A DNA stretch of 64,000 bases from Saccostrea echinata (taxonomy: Eukaryota). The number at the start of each line of letters is the position of its first letter. Position 1 is the stretch's first letter. Of this stretch, positions 11,901-23,900 are shown piece by piece. Location: assembly GCF_033153115.1 (NCBI RefSeq), contig NW_026889779.1, forward strand, positions 35,960,001-36,024,000. The letters run 5' to 3'. The translations under genes and the position numbers were made by a program. Under the pieces are notes generated by a model. The model made no database searches, was not told where the DNA came from, and saw nothing but the letters and a program-made list of their open reading frames with translations.

Positions 11901-14900
11901 TTTTTTAGGCCCTAAATATGCACCTTTCAGTTCTAAATCACCTCTGCTTCGTGCTAGTTGGCTAGTATCATATGCAGACGCCATTTTCTTTCATTAAGAA
12001 GAAATAAATTTTAAACCAGAAATGGATAATTCCGGAATGTATTGTATTAGAAGTATGTTTCCGATGATCGATTATGAAAAATTATAAACGATCATTGGAA
12101 TTGGTAGCATTTTTTCGTCGACAATCGATGTTTTCTGATTATCGGTACAACACTAGTCCACATTTGTGTGTTTTATCTCAGTTTGAAAGAAATTGTAGAA
12201 TTTATTGATATTTTACAATTAACTTTAGTGATGGCAATTCATGTTTGTCAAATTTTCTAACCTTGTCCTTCCCTATAACCTTGAGATGTCTTTTTCCTGA
12301 TTCTACTTGTCTTCCTGATTTTGGTAAAGGATTACCCTTTATAAATAAGTTATGATTCCATAAACTTGTATACTCTTTGAGAGCATTTGAATCAAACAGA
12401 AAATTTCTGATTTTAAGTTTACATTTTATGAGTTTGTAGAAAGTTCATTATGGCTTAGACATTTAGGCATTGAACCAAGGTAGGGTGAATGAACACTCTG
12501 TACATACCATGCTATAAAAAGCAACAGTTGTAACTAAGGAAGTATCAATTCTGTTTATTGAAAAGGGAATTTTTTCTTTCATCATATTTTACTATTGGCT
12601 TAAACTGATTGAATGCAATTCTTATTATGTTGTATTGCAAGTTACCATTAGGTTGGGCATTCATATTCTCTAGAAATATTTTTCTAGTTTATTCCAAACA
12701 TGCAGTATCAGTTAGTAAACATGACGTCATTGATTTTTTTCCCCATCTGGTACAAATATGTTTTTGTATTTCAAATTTATTCATATTTTAGTGAGATCAT
12801 TTGGAACAGAGGACAGGCCAACAGATCGTCCTGTGGCTCCGCGTGATGAGATATTTGAATATATCATATTTAGAGGCAGTGACATCAAAGACCTTCATGT
12901 CTGTGAGCCCCCAAAAGCACAACCTTTGCAAGCATCTATGCCACCGCAAGATCCTGCCATAGTTAAGGTAAAACAAATGAAAAACCCTTGATAAAAGACA
13001 TAAATGGCTATTTTTCTATGATTTCAATCTTGCTTTTCATTAATCTAGCTTAACTTTTGTTTTCTCTGCCTAGTCCTCCCAGCCAACCTCATCGGGGTTT
13101 CAACAGCAGAGTGGTGGCGGTGGTGGTTTTGGAGGATCCAGCTACCAACCATTTGGTGGTCCCCAGTTATATAGTCAGTATGGTCAAGCACCAGGAACAG
13201 CTCCCCAGCCTTTTGGAGCTATCCCAAATCAGTCAGGTACAGAAGTATTCTATTGAATTACCTCCCTTTTAGATTTTTTTTTATAATTGATAGTGATGGT
13301 GAAATGTACTTGGGAGAAAGGTGTTTTAAACAAATGCTGAATTTGTGAAAGCAGGTTCACGAGGTCCATCTCCCAGTTTTAACCGTGCTTCTCCTACGGT
13401 GGATCAGAGTATTCAAGTGGGTTCTCAACAAGCTATACGACGCCCTGGTGGGTAGCACATGGCATTCCACTTCCAGCTTTGCATGTAACTGAATACTTGC
13501 ACTAAGTTGTGACATCAACATGTCCACCACATAGCATCACTAATCCTAACAAATTTTGTGCAGATTAAACATTTTTTTCATATATAAAGTACATTTTGTA
13601 CATGTTTCATCAGCTTCCAGTATTCTAAAGCCTGTATATCATTTCTTTGTCTTTTTCCCTATGATGTACATGTACAATCTGCGAGGAATCCATGTTGCAT
13701 ACCAGTGATCATGTAATGTCTGTCAATTTATTGACATATAAGTTTCAAGTATCCCTTATTTCAGTAAGTTGCTGTTCTGTAGATGGATTCTGCTAGTCTG
13801 TAATCCTTCGCATTGAATACGTACTCAGTGTTTGCTTTTTCCATTCATTGGGCTTTTTGAATGAAGGTTAGCTAGGCCTATTTATCTGGAAGTGCTAAAC
13901 AGTGTATGAAAAATTTCCGGGGATCATTTCTCATGAGCTTTGCGGTTGCAGAGTTTTACCTTGTATATTTTGTCTAAAATACTTCTCTTGAAATCTACCT
14001 TCTCTCGGTTCAGATTTTGTTTATAAATTAATATTTGTATTTGATTTAATTTGTTAATGTTAATTTTTGGTGAAGGTAAACTTGATTATTATTTACAACT
14101 GCATGGATATTAATGATTGTTTATTTCACTTGTTCACTAATTTACAGAAAAGCATGAGTTGGAAGACCATGACAGTTTTGGTCTTGACTTAGAAGGTTTG
14201 TTGATAATCATTGTATCTATACTTTTGTTTGACTGATGATTTCATTACTGATATAAGTAAGGTCTTACCTTTTTTAGCTCACCTGAGCCAGAGACTTGGG
14301 CAAACTTTTCTGATCAAGAATTGTCTGGTGTATGTAGGGGTGCAGCGATACACTAACCTCATGATACGATACGTATCACGGTATTCAGTTCACGATACGA
14401 TACATATCACGATACATAACAAGGTTAAAAATCTTTCAAGTTTGTCATCATATTTTTTTCAAACTTGACAGGGTTATACAAAATGTTCATATTTTTTAAT
14501 AATAATTAAAATAACATTTTGTTAACTTGAATTGGATTGTTAGGTAGATCTTTGAGTTGTGTCAACATTCTAAACCAATGATGAACATTTACAGGAAAGT
14601 GAGGGAACTACGGGGACCTTTCCTAATAATCTTCCTTTTAAATTGGAATGAAAAAGGAAGACATTCTTTTATTCCTTTTATTTACGTAGAAAATCAATTG
14701 TCATATTACTCGTGTTAATATGTTTTAGTCAACAAGACAGCGAATTTTCATCGAAATACACATGTGATGGAATATCGTGTATTATCAAAGAATACGTTTA
14801 GACCTAAAGGGTTTATCATTTGTCTTAACATCTATAACTTATAATCACATTAAGTCCCTCTCCGTGTTAAATCTGAGGTCTGAAAGATGCTGGAGATGAG

Positions 14901-17900
14901 TTTAACTGCCGTAAATGCGTTATCGGCGACCTCACGTTTTGCGCGGAAGCCGTTTTGAAATAGTAAAGAAGGAAATAAAACGGACAAAACGGATAATTCT
15001 GGACCGATTGAACCGAACTGCGATATCAGTTTAGAGTATCGTGAATTGAACCGAGGAAAAATATACCACGATATACTGTCAAACGGTTTATCGTTGCACC
15101 CTTAGGTGTATGTATTTCCTATATACGAACTTTTCACATTTTCTTCTTGTTTTTGAGAATCTTTGTGCCAAATTCAAATAAACTTGTCACAAAACCGTGA
15201 TGCAGATTCAATTTGTCCAAACAGAGGGCCACTATCTTTTTCAAGGAGGGATAATTCAGAAATTTGGAAAATTGAATGGGGTCTGTTAAAAGTCTTTCTT
15301 TTTTTCCTCCAAGAACAACTAAGTCAGAAAAGACAAAACTTAAGTCCAAATGAAGGTTCATACAAATCTTCGCATAGCTTGATCCCAGGTGCTAAGAATT
15401 GGCCATAGTAGTCAATGTTTTACATTGGAATATATGGAAAAATTATTTATAAATTTTCTTTTCAAGAAAAGTAGGGTCACATTTGGTAGTGAAATGTCGA
15501 GGTTATTTAAACATGGAACCTGGGGCAAGGGTTGGCCATAATAGGGAAAAAATTTATATAAGAAGAAAAGGGATTGTTTAAAGAACACCTAATCATAGTC
15601 ATTTTTATCTACAAAAAATTTGATTTTGGAAGAATCATGTTTCTTGAAATGATAATGACGAGTTGTTGGACTCGGATGGGTCACAAAAGGGGGTCAAACT
15701 TTTGATATACACCTGAAAATGGAGGACAAATCTTAAAAATGTTCTTCTAAAGAGGGGGAGGGGCCACAATTAGTCATTTATGTACAAGTATTCCAGTGTA
15801 GTGTTTTCTCAAGTATGCCTTAAAAACTGAAATTATTTGTCTGTGACACTTGCTTTACTATAGATTGGGGCCAAACTTTGGGAACAAGTTTAATGCAAAA
15901 TAGTCATCAACATGAAAAGGCTTTAAATAGTAAAGTTGACACCAAGCCTCACTATAGCGACTATACTATGAGTAAAAATTGTTGAAAACATGGATTTTAA
16001 TTTGGATGTGACAATTGCATATTTTTTTTTTGTCCAGAAAAGAATGTTGACTCAGATGAGCATTGTAGCCCATGAGCCTCTTGTTTCTATAGATTAAATT
16101 TTATACATGTACATTACAAATATATAATCGGCTTAAACAAGATGTTTGAATTTAAAATACTATTTATTTGAAAGACACAGAGTTGACAAGTTAGTTTCTC
16201 TTCATTTTCAGGATCAAGAGGTCCAACTCCTCCAAGTGTTCAGTCCAGTCGCAAATCTCCAACCCTTGATCAGGGCACTCAGGTAAAAGAGAATAGCATA
16301 TATACTTAAGTAAAACTTGTAAAACCAATGCTTGTGGTTCGAAGGTGATTTTAAGATGGTAGAACCTTTCCCATTAATCATTAAACTAAAAATACATACC
16401 TCTAGTGTGATGATGTTCCATTGATCGAATGAGGATGAAGATCAGTTTGAATGTATGCAGAAATTGAGTACTCAACTTGAGTTAACTAAAGAGATTTATT
16501 ACCTCCAATAAATTTAATGTATTAAACCTTTCATTAGCATGTGTTTAGTTTCAACCAAACCACTTTAGTCTTAAGACTGCCATATGAACTACAAACATTG
16601 TATAATATATAAATATTGCATGAATTTGAGGATTTTTCAACCTGTGCTTGTGTTGAACAATGGTTTCATTGTTCACATTGATGTTAAAAGGGTTCTGGTC
16701 ATATTTGGAAAGCCCCAAATACATGTAAGATAGGCTATCTTAAAAGGGATGTAAAATATGATTTGGAACTGGGTTTGCATATCAACAATCTTTTCACATA
16801 TACAAATTAAAGTTGCTTATTCCCTGTAAATATTAGAATGTATATCAAGCATAGAAATTCTTATCTAATTTTCCTTGTTTTCAGATGAGTCCAGAGAAAT
16901 CACAGAAAAATTCACACCAGCACAGTTCACAAAATGCACAGAGCAGCAGTCAGCATCCAATGGGTGATAGGTCACGGAAACACCAACAACAACGGCCTCA
17001 GTCCTCCAACACATACTCCAGGGGAGGAAGGGGAGGATTTGAGAGGGGTGGCCCAAGGGGTGGAAGAGGAGCACCTCCAGATAAACATGCATATTTTGGT
17101 AATTTGAAACATTTATTATGCCCCGCCATGAATATGGCCGGGGCATATAGTGTTTGTCATGTCCGTCTTCCGTCCTTCCGTCCTTCTGTCCTTCCGTCTG
17201 TCCTTCCGTCACACTTTGCGTTTAGCTCTGTTCAAAGCTCAGTTTCAAAGAAACTATCCAAGATATTTTTATCAAACTTCATATGCTGATAGATATTGAT
17301 GAGAGCTATGCAACTGCATCAACATTTTTTGACCTTGACCTTTCCTTTGACCTTGATCTCACTTTTCTTAAATAAGTGTTTAGCTCAGTTTTAAAGATAT
17401 CATTCAAGATAGTGTAATCAAACTTCATATGTTGATACATACTGATGTAAACTATTCAACTGCATCAACATTTTTTGACCTTGACCTTTCTTTTGACCTT
17501 GACCTCACTTTTCCTAAATTAGTATTTAGCTCAGTTTTAAAGATACCATTCAAGATAGTGTAATCAAACTTCATATGTTGATACATACTGATGTAAGCTA
17601 TTCAACTGCATCAACATTTTTGACCTTGACCTTTCTTTTGACCTTGACCTCACTTTTCTTAAATTAGTGTCAAACTTCATATGCTGATGCATACTGATGA
17701 GAGCTATTCAACTGCATCAATATTTTTGACCTTGACCTTTCCTTTGACCTTGACCTCACTTTTCTTAAATAAGTGTTTAGCTCAGTTTTACCATTCAAGA
17801 TAGTGTTATCAAACTTCATATGCTGATACATACTGATGAGAGCTATTCAACTGCAGCATCATTTTTTGACCTTGACCTTTTTCTTTGACCTTGACCTCAC

Positions 17901-20900
17901 TTTTCTTAAATTAGTGTCAAACTGCATATGCTGATACATACTGATGAAAGCTATTCAACTGCATCAATATTTTTTGACCTTGACCTTTCCTTTGACCTTG
18001 ACCTCACTTTTCTTAAATTATTTTTTAGCTCAGTTTTAAAGAAACCATTCCTAATATTTTTATCAAACTTCATATGCTAATACATACTGATGTAACATTT
18101 TCAACTGCATCAACAATTTTTGTCCTTGACCTTTCCTTTCACCTTGACCTCACTTTTCTTAAATTAGTGTCAAACTTTATATGCTGATACATACTGATGT
18201 AAGCTATTCAACTGCATCAATATTTTTTCACCTTGACCTTTCCTTTGACCTTGACCTCACTTTTCTCAATTTGTGTTAAAATGTTGTGTTACTAATATAC
18301 ACTCGGCGGGGCATTCATGTCCTATGGACATATTTCTAGTTGAGAGGATATTTTATGTCTTCATGCCCAGTCTATGCAAAAGTTTTCTGGGTCACTTCAG
18401 GCATTTGGTCCTGTGTAATCAATGTACACTTAGGACCAAATCAAATTCTCTAAAATCAAAGACTCAAAAACACACATTTTTGAAAAAGGAAATGAAAATG
18501 TAGAAGGAAGGAAATTTGGATTCATATATCTTGGGTCTCCAGCCTTCTATGGGGTTCTTTTTTATTCATACACATCCGGGGATTGCCACTTGAAATATTT
18601 GAGTTGATCCATGCGGTTTTAGTCGTATTCATTTACAAACTTGATTTGGAGCATTATTTCTAATAAGAAGAAACTTAGATGATGCATCGAAATAATAAAA
18701 TTTTAAAATTGAGCACCAGACATTCCTGTCAGGTGTAAAGATAAACACATCTCTCCTCAGTTAATACACATTTGTTATATGTAAGACATTATTTATCCCC
18801 TTAGTTTGAATTTGTCTATCTTTTTATAAAGTGAGTTAAAAAAAAAGGAAGATGCTGAAAATTCGAAGTGTAATTAGTTTATCTGAGACAACACATTTGA
18901 CATACATGTACAACGTACATGTATGTTACTTTGTGATGTCCATTTCTCAGACATAAATTACCATAAAACAAAAACTGCTTCAGTAGAAGTGAAATAAAAA
19001 GTCAAAATTTGTGTAAGATGTGTCCTTTATTATGCTAATATTTAATATAAATAGTAATATGCTTATACATTATATATCACAGGAGGACCACCAAGGGGAA
19101 ATGCCTCACAAAGGGGACCCAACAGGGGTTTCCAGAGGGGACAGTCATCACGAGGCAGGTATCAGTCAAATAGGAAAGTGGAATCTCCCCTCAAATTTGA
19201 GGGCGAGTTTGACTTTGAAGAGGCAAATGCTCAGTTTGATAAGGATGAGATTGAGAGGGAATTAAAGGAGAAATTAACAATAGGTGAGTCACATTTCCAA
19301 TGATTTTCAAATGCATGTACATGGCTTGGAGAAGTTCAGACATGTTTACTTGTGCAGATTTTCTGTATTTTACATTCAAATTAAGCACTGAACTAGTAAC
19401 ATGATGATTGAATTTTGAGTATCCAAGCACAAAATTTAGATAATTGGTTGAAATGATCTGTCTTCTCTAGGCATTGAAAAAAAGCTGTAAAAATCTTTTC
19501 TGATTGAAAGGTTGACACTAAATTATGCAAGGCAGTTTTTCAGATTTTTTACATGTACCATTTAATTTTAATTTTTAAAAAAAATTAGTGTACTGAACTT
19601 CCAAGAAATAGTAGTCTGATAAATACTGGTTTTACTACATAAAGCATGATTTAATTTGAAGTGTGCTCAAACTACATGTTTACATGTACAGTGGCGCCGC
19701 GTTTATCCGGACGCCATTTATCTGGACGCTTCACCATCCGGATGATATTTTTTGGGAACCGATTTTTTTCCACGTTATTTTGTCTCATTAATCCGGAAAT
19801 TCGCGTTCCGTATCCGGACGGTCAATTTCTACTACAAAACATAATATTTCATTGAAAAATGACTCGTTTATCCGGACGGTAATTTTTCAAGAAACGACTT
19901 TTTCACACTTATCTTGCATTCGTGTTAATTGTTGTAAAAACATTTGCCATGCAGTCAGTTTGAAGGCGGTTACCTGTGACCTACAAACAAAAGCATCTAT
20001 AATTAGCGTGTGTTTACCCCAATTCAATCACACGTTTATCTTTAGTATGAAGCAAAGAATTTAGCTTATACTGTGCATTAATTAAATAATAATCCGTTCA
20101 AATTCATATTGCTAACCGTATATACATCGGTAAATTGATGAGAATTTTGGAGAGTTGTAAATAAAATGAGCAATAAATAACGATCTACCGATTTCGTAAT
20201 GCTCTTTATCATGTCGATTGTAGTTTAAAATACGAATCTATTGCTAAAAACGTTAATCTATTTCAAATGCTTTTTTCCCACAAGACAGTTTACAAAGGTA
20301 CATATTTGAAGAAACATCTCTATTTAATGTACTACCGTTTACAAACGTCCATTACTTTAGAAAAGATATATAAAACTGGCGTTACATACATAAGTTGATT
20401 ACGTTTTTCAAGGTATTTTTAATGATTGGAATTCAAACTTTTTTCTTTAATCAATTACTGCTTTTAAAACAATAAACCAAAATATAATTTAAAAGTTTTT
20501 TTTTTCTTTGCTGTCACATTTTAAAGAAGAATGTGCATATATACATGCTTAAAGAGTGTTTTTTTGAGATGTGATTCAATTATCCAGACGATTCATTTAT
20601 CCGGACGATTTCGTTGGGGACAGAGACGTCCGGATAAACGAGGCGCCACTGTATATGTACACTGAAATAAATTTTGGAACTTAAAGATATTTTCTCTGTG
20701 ATACTGCTGTAGAGCTACATTTTGATTTAAATACACCAAGATTCTTAACCTTAAATTGGGGGGGGGGGGGGGGTTTACACGTGATACAGTATCCTAGATT
20801 TAGTTTATTAGATCTTTTTTATATGCAAAGGAAGACCACAGATTAATTTCTTGCCAGTGTTGTTAATCATTCTTATTGATAGCACTGCAGAGAATAATAT

Positions 20901-23900
20901 AGTGATGTATTACAGGTGAAAAGAAGGATGAGAAGTCCGTCAATGGGGACAAGGAAGATAGTGTGGAAAATGGAGAGGATGAGGTTCCCGAAGAAGAGGA
21001 TGAGATGTATTATGATAAGAACAAATCTTTTTTTGACAACATTAGTTGTGAAGCAACAGAGCGTGCCAAAGGGTGAGCGAAAATCTTTGTAGCACTTCAA
21101 AAACTTGCTGAAAAACCTGGCAGGCATTAAATACACATTATTAGAATTTATATTTACATGATTTTACTAAAAATTCTATCAAAAAAATCTCTTCTGTAGT
21201 TTGCCGGCTGGCTTGCTTTTGGCCAAAATGGTATAGGTATTTGGTAGGTTTTATTTCCGAAATAACTTACCGTATTTGGCTGAATATAATACGCACTTTT
21301 TTCCCAAAATAATTTTCTGTGAGAAAGGGGTGCGTATTTTACACCACAATGGGATTTTGATAGGTTTTTCTTTCATGTGAAACACGGCTATCATACGCAC
21401 ATACCGTAGTATTACCTAGAGACTTGTGCAATTTCTTGCTGTTTATCGCCATATTTAAAACTTCGGAAAGTTATTGTTAGAATGTAGACTTGTTAAAAAT
21501 GTTATATTTATAACCTTTTGATAGTTAAATTAAATTTAAAAGCAAGTTAAAATTAATTTGAGCTGCATGTTCATCGTCTCCGTGTAGGCCGCCATTAACG
21601 ATGTTATTTATAGATGTTCACACATTCCTTTGCCACGTGCTTCCGTAATCATAGTACACATGTACCTTATCAGTCAGACACTCGATCAAAAAAGTAATAA
21701 GTCATTTTTTAATGAAATACAATAAAATAAAATTTTATTTTAGGTTTTAAATAACTCAGTGAAAATTCATTTCAACATAAACACCCCTCTATACGTCCCA
21801 ATGAATGGAAGCCAATGTTGTGAACACGTGCGCTTGTCACATGATAATTACCCCTCAACACCCCTCCAGGCAATTCAATTGTTTACCGACTCCAAAGCAT
21901 TGTTTTTACAGTTAGAGCACTGATTTTAATGGCTTTGATTATTTTCTTTGTTAAAAATCGGGGGTTGGTTTATGATCTTTCGTATGTATAAGCGTGTGTT
22001 GATTACGACACATTAAACAGTTAAACGCTTGTTAAATGTAATTTTACATCTTATATCGGCCTCGTGTTAAAATGTTTGAGAGTTAAAAAAGGAAATATGA
22101 AGTATGTTGAAGCTTAAGCTTATCATTTACTCGTGCTCTGAAGAAAATAAGATATCCACGAAGATTACCTCGATGTATGAAGACATATATCCCACCTTTG
22201 TACATCATTTTTCACAGCTTCGGAGGTGTGTTGATAACTACACTTTATACGCGTGTTAAATTTTGATTTTATTTTTATAACATCAGCTATTTATTTAATT
22301 AATTTCAAGTTCAAAAGAAGAAAATCGTAGTCTTTGAATACTTTGATGTTACAATATCGCTTGCCCTGTTATATTTACATAATTTTCAACATGATTACCT
22401 TAAACTAAAAATAAATATGACAACTGTTAAACTTGCAACAATATCTCGTGCTTTGTTGAAATAAAATTATTTCCACAAAGAATAGTTAGAATACGGCGAC
22501 GTATAATTTCAATATCACCGTTTGCTAAAAGAAAAAAATTAATAATAAACTCTGTTAATACTTTAATGCAACATTATCTTGTGCTTTGTTAAAATAAATA
22601 ATTTCCTCCAGATTGCCGCGATATGGAAAGTCAAGATTAAAAAATAAAAACGCATTTGAATAAAATATCGTGTTCTGTAATCTTTATCTCCGCGCCGATT
22701 TTCATAGCAAATTACCACGATTTTCAAAAGTTCAGAATACCGCTTGGTAAAATTTTCTGCTGCGTATAATACAACCAAACTGCGTTTTTTCCCCCCAGTT
22801 TCAGGCTCAAAAAGGGGGGTGCGTATTTTACACCAATGCGTATTATATTCGGCCAAATATGGTAAGCTTACTAGTATATCAGCATTATTTTAAGCATGCT
22901 TATAGTAATGATACAAATGAAACTTAAACATGAAAGAACAAACTTTTCATTTGGATATTCTATGAATCCATGTGTTCATTACTGTTGTTATACTTATTCA
23001 TGTCAGATATTTAGCACAAAAAAGAGTAATAGAAAGGTAATACACAACTTTCTTTCCTTAATGATTCAGAAAGTCAACCCGCCCAAGTTGGAGAGAAGAA
23101 CGCAAGTTAAATGTTGAGACATTTGGTATGTCAGATAATCCTCGTCGTAACTTTAGAGGAAGAGGAAGGGGATACTATGGAGGGTTCAGAGGGAACAGAG
23201 GAGGAGGTGGTGGGTTCAGAAATGACGGATATCGGTCTGATAACTATCGAGGCAATTACAACAGAGGATTCCGGGGTAAGTTACTTTGTTTTTTGGAAAT
23301 TGTTTAGTAAAACCGAAGTTTGATAGAACTGAAAAGAGTCACAGATTTAAATGCATCAGTGTGAAACATTTGTTTGGTGCATTTTAGCTCACCTGTGTCA
23401 GGTGACCTTTTTCTGATTGAGAATTTGTTCATATCAGGCCCCTTGGTCAAGGATGGAGTCACAAAATGGGGATCAAACTATAATATGGAATAAACATGTA
23501 AAGGAAAATCATAATAACACCCCACCCCCACCCCCCAATTTGTTCAGATCATGGTCTTGGGGCTGGTAAGGGGTTACTAAAAGAGACTAAAGCTCAACAA
23601 TAAATATAATTTGGGAAAAAACAAAATCTTCTCAAGTACAACAGGTTCAAAGTTAATCACTTAGCATTGTAGCCCATTAGTCTTTTGTATTTTTATACAC
23701 CTATTGCAACATTTTTTCTTTTTTTTGGTATTTCCTAAAACAACCAAGAAAATTCCAACCTCCCTTCAAAAGCACTTCAGCATAAAATTTAAATGTTTCC
23801 AGTTCATCAGTAGGGCTGTCACGGTTCCAAAATTTTTCGGGTCGGTTCTGTAAATTTTCGGTTCAGTTTCGAGTTTTTCGGGTTGGTTATTTACATCTAT

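Noticed and set aside
16405-16475. Intronic C/D snoRNA (TGATGA box) in LSM14
   Set aside because: No properly placed CTGA D box or terminal stem.
17099-17289. Read-through extension of the LSM14 exon (134-aa ORF)
   Set aside because: The extension is intronic Helentron microsatellite sequence. The donor at 17098 keeps frame with the FDF exon.
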